Source of the DNA: an uncultured bacterium
GTDB taxonomy: Bacteria; Edwardsbacteria; AC1; EtOH8
Length of the DNA: 64,000 nt
Reading direction: 5' to 3'
Assembly (NCBI GenBank): GCA_937863685.1
Contig: CALMGM010000009.1
Span: forward strand, 178,403-242,402
Shown here: positions 39,899 through 49,810 of the stretch, piece after piece
How positions within the stretch are numbered: the first letter of the stretch is position 1
Layout of the letters: every line of letters starts with the position of its first letter
Notes under the pieces: model-generated
What the model was told of the DNA's origin: nothing
Seen by the model: the letters and a program-made list of their open reading frames with translations, nothing else
Database searches by the model: none
Translations under genes and position numbers: made by a program

Positions 39899-40903
39899 CT
39901 ATTCCAGGAAAAGACTCAAAGAAGCCGTATAGGTCTTCTGGCGCGCTCCTTCGGCCGATCCCTTCTGGTCCAGGCTGGCAACATCTACCAGGATGCTTTT
40001 ATAGATGTATCCCAGTCCCATAGACCAGTCGTATTCATTGTCCGGGGCCTTACGATACTGGCTGGCCCCGGCCCGGAACATCACGGCACCGTATCCCGGT
40101 ATGGCGTATTTATACTCCCCGCCCAGCATATATTTCAGCTCCGGAACGCCCTTTCCCCAGAATTTCTCGGCCCCGGCGGTGATTCTGGGCAGCCGGCCGT
40201 TGTACCAGGAGATCCCGCCGGAGATCTTGGGTTTAAGCTTGTCGTCGCTGAAATCCTTCCAGTAGACCTTGCCCACCAAGTTCTGGACATTTATGCCTAT
40301 CATCAACGGATCGCTGCCGCCATGGAACCCCAGGTCCAGGCCGTAACCGATCCCGTTCTCATCGATGATATCGGCCGGGTCCCAAAGGGTATCGACCTTG
40401 ATCTGTTTGACTTCGGTCATTCTGGCGGTGATCAGTTTGGCCGACAATCCCAGAGACATTGACGGGTGCAATTCGTCCTTCTTGGCAAAAGCAAAGGCGA
40501 ACTCGTCCACCCCGTATTTCAGGTAGGTGTTCACCGAATCGGCCCCCTGTGCTTCAAACCGGGACTCCGCATGGCGGGCTAGGGAGCGCCAGGACAGACC
40601 GACGCCCTTCCCGGCCAATACCAGATAGCTGAGACGTTTGGGACCGGAGAAGACCGGATCGAACAGCAGCCCCATGGAATGAAGGTAGCTGCAGGAGGCC
40701 ATTGACCATTTGATGTTCGCCAGCCCGGCCGGGTTCCAAAAGGCCAGGTTGGGATCATTGTCATCGGCCACGATGCTGCCGGAGAGAGCCGCCGCCCTAG
40801 CCCCCACTGCCGGGCCCTGATAGGTCATCCAATCTATGGGAGAAGCTAGCAGCACTGACGAAACAGCCAGTGCCAGGCAAGATAAAATCATTTTCTTCGT
40901 CAT
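39899..40903 (-). CDS. PorV/PorQ-family or FadL-like outer-membrane beta-barrel
   Basis: Signal peptide present. N-terminal GARAAALSGSIVADDNDPNLAFWNPAGLA motif of that family. C-terminal LSLFLE. Confidence 0.5.
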   Translation of the reverse strand: MTKKMILSCLALAVSSVLLASPIDWMTYQGPAVGARAAALSGSIVADDNDPNLAFWNPAGLANIKWSMASCSYLHSMGLLFDPVFSGPKRLSYLVLAGKGVGLSWRSLARHAESRFEAQGADSVNTYLKYGVDEFAFAFAKKDELHPSMSLGLSAKLITARMTEVKQIKVDTLWDPADIIDENGIGYGLDLGFHGGSDPLMIGINVQNLVGKVYWKDFSDDKLKPKISGGISWYNGRLPRITAGAEKFWGKGVPELKYMLGGEYKYAIPGYGAVMFRAGASQYRKAPDNEYDWSMGLGYIYKSILVDVASLDQKGSAEGARQKTYTASLSLFLE

Positions 40904-40912
40904 AGACCTCTA

Positions 40913-43900
40913 TCAATATTTGAATTTCATTCTGATGCCCAGGTTTATCTTCTGCTCCTTGTTGGCCTCGTCCTTGGATCTCTGGACGAACAAAGCGCTC
41001 CTTTTCCCGAACAGGTATTCGGCCCGGAACTCGTCGCTCAGGTCGGCGGCAAACCCCCGGGTATAGCTGACAAAAACATTCCTGGTGACGTACTTGCCCA
41101 GCGTCACCTGGGCCCCCTTTTCCTGGCCGGTATAGGTCTTCATTTTAACCACATCCACCAGCCCGGTCTTTTTCTGGATCAGCCCCCCCAGCATATTGCT
41201 CAGATAATCAGCCCCCCGGTTTATGACCTGTTCCGTCAGGTCGCCGTTGCTTTCTCCCTCTAGCTTCATGCCCGCCGAAAGCATGGTCAGGATGTCCTGT
41301 TCGGGCATATAGGGCTCGGAGCTGAAGGACAGCTTGGGCTGCAGAGCCGAGCCCCCCACCTTCAGAAAGACCTTGGTCCGTGCTTCATCGCTCAGATCGG
41401 TCTGGGCCGACAGGTTCAACTCAGGATTGATGACCGCCGCATTGGTGAAGATCAGCTGGCCTTCGGTGATGTCGAATCTCCGGTCCAGAAAGCGGTACTC
41501 CCCCCGGATGGTCTCCAGCCGGCCCGAAAGGAAAAGTACGTTCTGCTGCATCCGGACGTTGAGGTTCTCTATCTTCAGCTCGATGTCGGCATCGGCGTTC
41601 CTGAGCCAGATCCCCTGGGAGCCGGTGATCGACAGGTCCAGGTCCATCGGCTTGGCCCCGCCCTCCGGCGGCGGGGGCTCCTCGGCCGGAGCGAAGGGCA
41701 GGGTGATCAGGGCCGAGTTGGCATAGACCTCCCCCTTGATCCTGGGGTAATTCACCGTCCCGCCGATCTCGATCCTGGCGTTGACATTTCCTTCGATGAA
41801 GGGGATGTTCCTGACCGGGGCCTTATCCACGACAATCAGGAAGTACATGGTGCTGGGGATGAATTTATTCAGGATGATCTCGCCGCGTTTTATCTCCACC
41901 TTGCCCTGGTTCTCGGTGCTGGCAGTGATGTTGTCTATCACCAGGCTGTCGGCATTGAAATGGGCGAAGGCCTGAACCTTATGGAGATACATGCCGAAGG
42001 GACGAAGCACCATCTTGGCGTTGGCAATGGTCATCTCGCCGTTCAACAGCGGCTTGAAAGGCGTGCCGGACAGCTTGACGCTCAGGTCCACCTTACCCTC
42101 GTAAACGCTCAAAAGTTCGGCCATCGGAAAAAAAGCCCAGGTCCCTATATCTCTTAGGATTATCTCTCCGGACATCGGCTGGTCCAGCAGCTTGCCCGCC
42201 CCGGGACCCATCCCCAGATCGATGGGAACGCTGAGGGCGATCTCCGACAACTGGCCATAGCGGGTGATAGCCAGCTTTTCCAGCACCACCGCCCGGTTGG
42301 TATAATTGCAATCGATTGCCACCCGATCCGCCGTGAACTGCTCAAACCTGACGTTGTTCAGGGCCAGGCTGGCCGCCATCTCCGGGAAATTAAGGCTGCC
42401 GGATATTTTTATGTCAAAATCCAGCTGGCCGTGCACCGTTTTCTTGAGATTGAGCAGCTCCACTATCTTGCGGCTGTCGATGGCATCTCCGTTAAGCTTG
42501 AGATAGATGCTTTTATCGCTGTGGTAGAAGCCTTCCAGGGTTACTGCGCCCCGCCCAGCTATTAACTTGGTGGGCTCCAGATTGATATTGGATCCTTCTA
42601 TCGAAAGTCTTATCGGCTGGCTGTTCACCACCGTTTGATCCCCGAAATTATAGAACAGCTTGCTGATGGCTAAATTTATCTGTTTTCCTTTCAATTCGAC
42701 CATCCCGGTGGCCAGGGCCTCGGTAATGGAATCCTTGACCACGTGCACCGAAAGCCCTCCCCAATCCAGGCCCCGCAGCTCGGTCAGCAGCTCCACCCGG
42801 TCAATGTTCTGACTGCCGATGGACAGCCCGGTGGCAATGAATTTGCCATCGCCCTGGGGTTTTGATACCACCTGTTTCAGGGACATGCTTCCGTCAAAGT
42901 AAAGACAGGCTAGGTTGGAGATCACCGCCTCCTTCAAACGGAAGGTGCCTATCACATCAGGATCCTTGGTCAGGCCGGAGATCAGGCCGGTAAAACGCAG
43001 TTTGCCCTGAAGATTATTCAATCCCAGCAATGCTCCGAACTGGGCCAGTTCTATTTCGTCGGTCTCCACATCCACGCTGAGAGCTTCCTTGAAGATGTCC
43101 CCTTTGACCTTCATTTTGGCCTGCCCGCTGGTGAGATCGAATTTCTCGATCGATACCGACTGATCGGCATACAGCAGGTTGCAGAGCAGCAGGTCCACCG
43201 GAACGGCATTTATCAGGCTTTCATTCAGGGACAGATCGACCGAAGCCCGGGCCTTTTTGGGGTCGAACCCCTCTCCCTTTATCCGCAGGGAGCCATTGAT
43301 CTCCGTTCTGAGCGGCGTGTCTCCCTTGGCCAAAGCGGCTCCGAAATCAGATCGGTTGAAGGACAGGTTCAATTCATATTGTTTGTTTTTAAGGTCCGCT
43401 CCCCCCCGTCCCTCTATATTTCCCTCCCCGGCGTTCAAAAATATCCTCTTCAGATCGATCCGGTCGCCCCCCATTCCCACTTTGATATCGAGGCCGGACA
43501 GCTGAAGGCCGTTTAGGTCCAGGTCGCGGGAAGTGACCGACACTTCACCCTGCGGCGAGGTTGCTTTGCCCTTGAGGTTGGCTGAAACGGCAACATGTCC
43601 CGACCAGTCCTGCCCCTCCAACTTCATGATCCGGGGGATTTCAGCCATCCCGATACTGATGTCCAGCTTGGTCAGATCGATCTCCTGGGTTTTCGAATTG
43701 AAATTAGCCGATACATTTACCCGGCTGCTTTCGGTGTTCAGCTCAATATTCTTCAGTTTGATGGTATCGCCGGATAATGCAAAATTTCCCGACCCTTTTG
43801 TCAAATATATATTCCGGCCCTTATCCTGGGCCTTTATTTTTTTGAGGGTGGCCGACAGCTTATCCCCGCCCATTTTCAGACCCACTTGAATATCGATGTC

Positions 43901-44419
43901 TTGGACCTGTTGCTTGTTTCCCGGGGCCTCGATGGAGACCGACAGATTCTTGAAAGAAACATCCTCCACCGACAGCGGGGGCAGGTTCATTTTGCCCTTG
44001 GGTTTGGTGGTGTCGGGTTTGAACAGGCCGTCAAAGTTCCAGACCCCGCTGCTGTCCTGGACCAGGCAGACTGCGGCATCGGTCAGCTCCACCTTTCCGA
44101 TGACCAACCGCCTCCTGGTGGCGGTGTACCAGGGATGGGCCTGGAGTTTTATGCCGGAGACATAAAAAAGCCGGCCCCGGGAAAGGGAATCGCGGGAGGC
44201 AATGGCCACATCCCTGATCACGATAGTAAAGGGGAAATGAAACTCGACCGCTCCCACGGAAAATTCCCGGCCCAGCACCCGGGACAGAGTGTTGTTGGCC
44301 TCCTGTTTGACCTCGGCGTTGAACCTAGAGCTGGGCAGGCCGATCGCTAAGACCAGGATGCCCAGTAAGGCGATACCGCCTGAGACGGCAATGAATATGT
44401 TGTTGTATCTGGTTTTCAT
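40913..44419 (-). CDS. tamB: TamB-like (AsmA/DUF490) translocation-and-assembly module protein
   Basis: N-terminal TM anchor, very long beta-rich body and a C-terminal DUF490-like segment. It sits immediately downstream of an Omp85 gene. Confidence 0.7.
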   Translation of the reverse strand: MKTRYNNIFIAVSGGIALLGILVLAIGLPSSRFNAEVKQEANNTLSRVLGREFSVGAVEFHFPFTIVIRDVAIASRDSLSRGRLFYVSGIKLQAHPWYTATRRRLVIGKVELTDAAVCLVQDSSGVWNFDGLFKPDTTKPKGKMNLPPLSVEDVSFKNLSVSIEAPGNKQQVQDIDIQVGLKMGGDKLSATLKKIKAQDKGRNIYLTKGSGNFALSGDTIKLKNIELNTESSRVNVSANFNSKTQEIDLTKLDISIGMAEIPRIMKLEGQDWSGHVAVSANLKGKATSPQGEVSVTSRDLDLNGLQLSGLDIKVGMGGDRIDLKRIFLNAGEGNIEGRGGADLKNKQYELNLSFNRSDFGAALAKGDTPLRTEINGSLRIKGEGFDPKKARASVDLSLNESLINAVPVDLLLCNLLYADQSVSIEKFDLTSGQAKMKVKGDIFKEALSVDVETDEIELAQFGALLGLNNLQGKLRFTGLISGLTKDPDVIGTFRLKEAVISNLACLYFDGSMSLKQVVSKPQGDGKFIATGLSIGSQNIDRVELLTELRGLDWGGLSVHVVKDSITEALATGMVELKGKQINLAISKLFYNFGDQTVVNSQPIRLSIEGSNINLEPTKLIAGRGAVTLEGFYHSDKSIYLKLNGDAIDSRKIVELLNLKKTVHGQLDFDIKISGSLNFPEMAASLALNNVRFEQFTADRVAIDCNYTNRAVVLEKLAITRYGQLSEIALSVPIDLGMGPGAGKLLDQPMSGEIILRDIGTWAFFPMAELLSVYEGKVDLSVKLSGTPFKPLLNGEMTIANAKMVLRPFGMYLHKVQAFAHFNADSLVIDNITASTENQGKVEIKRGEIILNKFIPSTMYFLIVVDKAPVRNIPFIEGNVNARIEIGGTVNYPRIKGEVYANSALITLPFAPAEEPPPPEGGAKPMDLDLSITGSQGIWLRNADADIELKIENLNVRMQQNVLFLSGRLETIRGEYRFLDRRFDITEGQLIFTNAAVINPELNLSAQTDLSDEARTKVFLKVGGSALQPKLSFSSEPYMPEQDILTMLSAGMKLEGESNGDLTEQVINRGADYLSNMLGGLIQKKTGLVDVVKMKTYTGQEKGAQVTLGKYVTRNVFVSYTRGFAADLSDEFRAEYLFGKRSALFVQRSKDEANKEQKINLGIRMKFKY

Positions 44420-46218
44420 CAGAACGCATGGCCCAGGTTGATATAAAAAAGACCTTCCTTGAAATCCACTGTCTCATCCGTTTTGACTGCATAGTCGACC
44501 CTGATGGGGCCCACCGGAGTGATGAACCTCAGACCCAAGCCGGTCCCTCCTTGGTATTGGCTCCACTTCACGTCCCCAAAACCGGACCAGACATTCCCGG
44601 CATCGACGAAGACAGCCGCCCCGAACATCCAGTAAATGGGGATCCTGATCTCAAAATTACCGTTGACCAGCATATTGATGCTGCTGGAGCTGTCGGTGGT
44701 GATCTCATCGGTCTTGTAGCCCCTCAGATTCATGCCCCCGCCCAGTTTCAGCCGCTCCTGGATGGGCACCGGTCCGTTGCGGTCGTAAGTGTATATGCCG
44801 GCAGCCCGGACCCGCCAGGCCATCACCACGCCCCGGCCGATGCCTTGGAACATGGAGAAGTCCCCGGAGCTCTTGCGGTAGTCATTGGAGCCGCCCAGCA
44901 CCGAGCCGGCGTTATCCACCCGGAAAGAGGAACTCACCCCGTTTTGGGGATTGAACATATCATCCCGGCTGTCGAAGCTGGCGGTCAGGAAGACGTCGCT
45001 GGTGGTGTTCTGGGTCTCCTCCAGGAACTCGTACTTGTAGCCGATGTAGGCCTGAAGGAATTTTACAAGGTTTTTACCGACCTTGGTCTCGCCTCCGATA
45101 CGGCTGAGTTGCTGCCAGAAGGAACTTTCCTGCCGCTCCCGTTTGTAGTATACCGAACCGCTGGCCTTGTAAGAGGTGCTTAAAAAGTAAGGCTCCAGGT
45201 AATCCAGGTAATAGTTATTGGTGTAGGCATGCATTCCGCTCTGGTCATTCTTCTGCAGGCCATACGATGCTTCGCTCTTTAAGGTCAACTTCTGCAAGTT
45301 CCCGAAGATGTTGTCGCTGCCCCACTCCAGACCGCCCTGGACCCGGTCGGGGGTCTCAAAACCGAAATTGAACCCCACCCAGTTGGTCCTGTCCTCCTTC
45401 ACCACCATCCGCAGATCCACCGTATCGCGTTTTTCCACCATCCCGTCCATTTCGAACTTGGCCTCGGTGAAGAGCCCCAGGGCGTAGACCCGCTGCTGGT
45501 TGTAATAGACCTTGGAGGGCATGAATATCTCGCCCGGCTTAAGGGTCAATTCCCTTTCGATCACCCTGTCCCGGACCTTCTTGTTGCCCTCTATCCTGAT
45601 CTGCCCCAGTCTGACCAGCGGCCCCTCGGTGATGTTGAACAGAATGTCAGAGGTATAGGGATCTTCGGTCTCCAGCACCGTATCCTTGACCGTGGTATAG
45701 ATATGGCCCCGCTCGGCGTACAGCGCCACTATGCCCGTAGAGGTCTGGTTTATGGCCGGCAGATTCAGCGGGTCTCCGGTCTTGACCTTCAGCAGTGATA
45801 TCAGCAGGGAATCGGACAGCACCTGGTTGCCGCTGAACCGGAGCTGCCCGATCTTCCTGATATTGCCCTCCTCTATGGTCAGCTGATAATCAATCTCCTG
45901 CTTCTCTGTATTGACCTGGCTATTCTTGCTCAGGAACTTCGCGTCCAAATAACCCTTCTTGCGGTACAGAAAGATGATCTTGCGCATGTCCTGCTGGAAG
46001 GTATAATCGTCAAACCTCTTGCCTGATTCGCTGGTCATTTTGGACCGCAGTTCCTTCTCGGAAAAGGCGGAGTTACCGATGAAAGTGACAACACCCAGCT
46101 TATACCGGGGACCGCCCTCATCGACCGGCTCAGCTATCTCATCGCCCGCCTTCTTTCCGCAGGCCCCGGTCAGCAACGCCAGGGACAGCAGCAATATATG
46201 GAATAGATTTCTTTTCAC
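44419..46218 (-). CDS. Omp85-family outer-membrane protein assembly factor (BamA/TamA)
   Basis: Lipoprotein-like signal, POTRA repeats and a C-terminal 16-strand barrel ending ...YINLGHAF. Confidence 0.8.
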   Translation of the reverse strand: MKRNLFHILLLSLALLTGACGKKAGDEIAEPVDEGGPRYKLGVVTFIGNSAFSEKELRSKMTSESGKRFDDYTFQQDMRKIIFLYRKKGYLDAKFLSKNSQVNTEKQEIDYQLTIEEGNIRKIGQLRFSGNQVLSDSLLISLLKVKTGDPLNLPAINQTSTGIVALYAERGHIYTTVKDTVLETEDPYTSDILFNITEGPLVRLGQIRIEGNKKVRDRVIERELTLKPGEIFMPSKVYYNQQRVYALGLFTEAKFEMDGMVEKRDTVDLRMVVKEDRTNWVGFNFGFETPDRVQGGLEWGSDNIFGNLQKLTLKSEASYGLQKNDQSGMHAYTNNYYLDYLEPYFLSTSYKASGSVYYKRERQESSFWQQLSRIGGETKVGKNLVKFLQAYIGYKYEFLEETQNTTSDVFLTASFDSRDDMFNPQNGVSSSFRVDNAGSVLGGSNDYRKSSGDFSMFQGIGRGVVMAWRVRAAGIYTYDRNGPVPIQERLKLGGGMNLRGYKTDEITTDSSSSINMLVNGNFEIRIPIYWMFGAAVFVDAGNVWSGFGDVKWSQYQGGTGLGLRFITPVGPIRVDYAVKTDETVDFKEGLFYINLGHAF

Positions 46219-46223
46219 AAAAA

Positions 46224-47177
46224 TTATATCTTCAATTTGCCTTTATTCATCAATTGTTTCCCGTCCACCCAGACGCTGGGATCACGAATAATGCCGTCCT
46301 GGTGGCTGGGCACACTTATCCTGCCTCCGAATCCGCTGTTGTCGCCGAAGGCTATGTGGATGGTGGTCAGGGCCTTTTCGTCCTCCAGGATATTCCCGGT
46401 GATTTCGGCCCGGGGGTTTATCCCGATGCCAAATTCGGCCACATTGAAAGCTAATTTCCCGTGGACGGAAAGTATATTCCACAGGTTTCTGGCTTCCCTT
46501 CCGCCCCTCATGCCCTCTGCAAAGCCATCAGAGATAGCTATCTCTATCGGCTTTTTTAATAGGCCGGTATCGCCGATGGAGCCGTCCACCACCAGACGGC
46601 CCCGGGCTGTGCCCTCCACCGGGGCCAGGTAGACCTCGCCGGCCGGCAGGTTGGTGAATCCCCCGGGATAGGGGATGATGCCGGTATCGGGTTCCGCCCG
46701 GCGCCCCCTGATGGAGAATGTCAGGTCGGTACCCAAAAATGTTTTTATACTGATTTCCGAAGCCCCGTTCAATATCTTGCAAAGCCGGCGCCCATCCGAT
46801 TCCATCCTCCCGTAATCGACATCCAGCGTCCTGGACATCATGTCCAAAGTTATCCCCGGCATGCTGGCGATCCTGGCCCCGGACTTTGAAGCATTTTTCC
46901 GGGCCCGGGTATGGGACAGCGACTTGGTGGTGGCCAGAAAGACGGCGTCGCTTTTCAGCATGGCCGCCGCCACTTCATCCGGGGGCTCCTGTCCGTTGTT
47001 CTCCCTTTCCGGCATGGTCATCAGCACCGCATCGTGACACAGCGGCCTGGCGGCACAGTATAAGACCCGGCCGGCTTCCAAATTGGCATCATCGGTGACC
47101 ACCAACACATTTTCGTTTCTTTTGACCGCCAGGCATTTTTCAAAGGCGACCTTGACCGCCCGATCTATTTTTTTCAT
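46224..47177 (-). CDS. M29-family (aminopeptidase T/PepS-like) aminopeptidase
   Basis: EFGIGINP and HIAFGDN motifs. Start placed at MKKIDRAV so that the gene does not overlap murA. Confidence 0.6.
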   Translation of the reverse strand: MKKIDRAVKVAFEKCLAVKRNENVLVVTDDANLEAGRVLYCAARPLCHDAVLMTMPERENNGQEPPDEVAAAMLKSDAVFLATTKSLSHTRARKNASKSGARIASMPGITLDMMSRTLDVDYGRMESDGRRLCKILNGASEISIKTFLGTDLTFSIRGRRAEPDTGIIPYPGGFTNLPAGEVYLAPVEGTARGRLVVDGSIGDTGLLKKPIEIAISDGFAEGMRGGREARNLWNILSVHGKLAFNVAEFGIGINPRAEITGNILEDEKALTTIHIAFGDNSGFGGRISVPSHQDGIIRDPSVWVDGKQLMNKGKLKI

Positions 47178-47209
47178 ATTATTCCCGAAAATATATTGCA
47201 AATAATTCT

Positions 47210-48484
47210 TTAGACCGCCATTTTCTCGTGCACCCGGCGGATCTTGGCCCCCAGCTTCTTCAGCTTCCGCTCCCATCTCTCGTAACCCCTGTCCAGGTGA
47301 TAGATGCGATTGACCTCGGTCCTTCCCTCGGCCTTGAGACCGGCAATGACCAGGGCCGCCGAAGCCCTGAGGTCGGAGCCCATCACCGGGGCCCCGGTCA
47401 GCTTTGGCACCCCCTTGATCACGGCGCTCTTGCCTTCTATCTTGATCTCGGCCCCCAATCGTTGCAGCTCCGAAACGTGCATGAAACGGTTCTCGAAAAT
47501 GGTCTCGGTTATCACCGAGATGCCCGAGGCCGCGACCATCAGGGTCATCATCTGGGGCTGCATATCGGTGGGGAACCCGGGATAGGGGGCGATGGTCAGC
47601 TCGGTCGGTTTCACCCGCCGGCGGGCCTCCACCGTTATCATCTCGTCACCGGCCGCCACTTTGGCCCCCATGGCCCTCAGCGCTTCGATGACCGCAGACA
47701 GATGGTCCGGCCGGCAGTCCTCGATGGTCACGCAGCCCCCGCTGATGGCGGCAGCTATCATCAACGAACCGGTCTCGATGCGGTCCGGGATCATCCTGGT
47801 CTCAACCGGCCTTAAGCTATCCACCCCGCTGATGGTCATTACCGGGGTGCCGGCGCCTTTGATATCGGCTCCCATCGATGCCAGCATCTCGGCGGTGGAC
47901 ACCACCTCGGGCTCCAAGGCAGCCGATTCGATGACCGTGACCCCCTTGGCCAGCGAGGCCGCCATCATCACATTGATGGTGGCCCCCACCGACACACCGT
48001 GGGAACCGGCCAACAGGATCCTGGCCCCTTTAAGCTGTCTGCCGTGAGCCTCGACATAGCCGTGCAGTATCTGAATTTTGGCCCCCAGGGACTCCATGCC
48101 TTTCAGATGCAGGTCAATGGGCCGGGCCCCTATGGAACATCCCCCGGGCAGGGATACCTTGGCCCTCCCGAACCTGGCCAGCAGAGGTCCCAGCACATAA
48201 TAGGAGGCCCGCATCTGCTTGACGATCTCGTATTCGGCCTCGCACTTGAGTTTCTCGGGAACATCGACGGCCATCCGGTTGTCCTCGAAGTCCACCTTGG
48301 CCCCCAGCCGGACAAGCAGGCGCCTCATGGTGCGCACGTCCATCACGTTGGGAACGTTGGTCAGGACCGATCTTCCCGGGGCCAGCAGGCAGGCCGCCAT
48401 GGCCGGCAGAACGGCATTCTTGGCGCCGGAGGCCCGGACCATCCCGGACAGCGGCCGCCCTCCTTCGATGACGAATTTATCCAC
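47210..48484 (-). CDS. murA: UDP-N-acetylglucosamine 1-carboxyvinyltransferase
   Basis: EPT-family fold with an active-site Cys-loop region. Full length, 424 aa. Confidence 0.9.
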   Translation of the reverse strand: MDKFVIEGGRPLSGMVRASGAKNAVLPAMAACLLAPGRSVLTNVPNVMDVRTMRRLLVRLGAKVDFEDNRMAVDVPEKLKCEAEYEIVKQMRASYYVLGPLLARFGRAKVSLPGGCSIGARPIDLHLKGMESLGAKIQILHGYVEAHGRQLKGARILLAGSHGVSVGATINVMMAASLAKGVTVIESAALEPEVVSTAEMLASMGADIKGAGTPVMTISGVDSLRPVETRMIPDRIETGSLMIAAAISGGCVTIEDCRPDHLSAVIEALRAMGAKVAAGDEMITVEARRRVKPTELTIAPYPGFPTDMQPQMMTLMVAASGISVITETIFENRFMHVSELQRLGAEIKIEGKSAVIKGVPKLTGAPVMGSDLRASAALVIAGLKAEGRTEVNRIYHLDRGYERWERKLKKLGAKIRRVHEKMAV

Positions 48485-48583
48485 TTCGCTCCTAGCAATC
48501 TAGTTTAACAGATCTAGGCCCCCTGCCGGGCATTTCAAACATTGTCAGACAGCATAGTCCGACATCTCAAACCATGGTCAGTC

Positions 48584-48762
48584 CTATTTTTTGCTGCCGC
48601 TGATCGGTTCGGCCTCATCGATCAGCATCACCGGAATATCGTCCTTGATGTTATAGCCCAGCTTGCAGGACCAGCACAGCAATTTCTGTTCTTTGGGCCG
48701 GTATTCCAGCTCTCCCTTGCATTTGGGGCAGGCCAGGATATCCAGTAATTTTTGATCCAGCA
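48584..48762 (-). CDS. Trm112/YcaR (UPF0434) family small zinc-ribbon protein (59 aa, absent from the ORF track because <60 aa)
   Basis: Manual translation gives MLDQKLLDILACPKCKGELEYRPKEQKLLCWSCKLGYNIKDDIPVMLIDEAEPISGSKK, with an AAGAGG RBS upstream. Confidence 0.65.
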
Positions 48763-48827
48763 TGATCGATACCTCTTTTTATATTTTAAAATATATTAAT
48801 TTATTATACCCTTATTTATTTGGCAAG

Positions 48828-49310
48828 TCAATTACTATGACCGGTTTGGGGGCCGGACCGGACCTTGTCCAAAATAGCCCGGTGCAGGAACCGGGAGATG
48901 GTTTTGACGCTCTCCGCCACCGGACGGCTCATGGGCACCTCCAGCTGGATCTGGCCGGCCTGGATTCCCAGGGCGATGATCCTGGCCCCGGTTATCTTCT
49001 CCAGGTAATTTCCCAGAAAGGACAACGGCATGGTGTGGGTGGAGTGCATCATGGAGTGCATGTTCTTATGGTCCAGAAAGGCCGTCTCCCCCACCGGCCG
49101 GCCCATGTCGGCGGCGTCGATAAACAGCACCAGGTCGGGCTTTTTATTCCGGACCAGGCCGGAGAAATTCTCGGGATTGGTGCCGGCCACCAGCACTTCG
49201 ACGAACCAGCCGTGATCGCAGCCCTGCAGCAGCATCCTCAGCTCCCGGGCGACCAGGGAGCCCGCCGCATCGTCTCCCATCATCTCGTTTCCGATGCCGA
49301 AGATCATCAT
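48828..49310 (-). CDS. hycI: [NiFe]-hydrogenase maturation endopeptidase (HycI/HyaD family)
   Basis: MMIFGIGNEMMGDDAAG matches the IGNxxxxDDGxG signature. Downstream of the hydrogenase operon. Confidence 0.75.
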   Translation of the reverse strand: MMIFGIGNEMMGDDAAGSLVARELRMLLQGCDHGWFVEVLVAGTNPENFSGLVRNKKPDLVLFIDAADMGRPVGETAFLDHKNMHSMMHSTHTMPLSFLGNYLEKITGARIIALGIQAGQIQLEVPMSRPVAESVKTISRFLHRAILDKVRSGPQTGHSN

Positions 49311-49429
49311 TTTGTCCGCCGCCTCGATGGCCGAAGCCACCGGGTCGCTCCATTCCATATATCCCCCTTTGATCATGCATAAAATGGTCGGACACATAAT
49401 GCCCGACCATCATTGAACCGCCGCCGGAA

Positions 49430-49810
49430 TTATTTATAGACTATCTTCAGCGCTCCGCGGTCGAAGGCGGCATCCTCGAACTCGGAATTCATATGAATAG
49501 CCTTCTTGGGGCATATTTCGGCGCACTGGGCGCAGTGCGAACAGCGGTCCAGATAGAAGGTCATGGAGAATTTCTTGGAGACCTTGCCGGCCTCGTCGGT
49601 GGCCTCGGATTCCTTGTGGATCTCCAGGGCCTCGGACGGGCAGTCCTTGACGCACATCTGGCAGCCGATGCACAAATTGGGATCCATCACCGGGCGGCCA
49701 CGGAATCCCTTGGGAACGCCTATCTTTTCGAATGGATATTGGACGGTGGCCGGCTTTTTGAACAGGTGCTTTAGCACCTCGGGCAGCATCGCTCCTAATC
49801 TTAAACTCAT
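49430..49810 (-). CDS. NuoI/HycF-like 2x[4Fe-4S] ferredoxin subunit
   Basis: CIGCQMCVKDCP and CSHCAQCAEICP motifs. Only the C-terminal 127 codons of the listed 352 aa ORF are real. The start overlaps the nuoH-like stop (ATGA). Confidence 0.8.
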   Translation of the reverse strand: MSLRLGAMLPEVLKHLFKKPATVQYPFEKIGVPKGFRGRPVMDPNLCIGCQMCVKDCPSEALEIHKESEATDEAGKVSKKFSMTFYLDRCSHCAQCAEICPKKAIHMNSEFEDAAFDRGALKIVYK

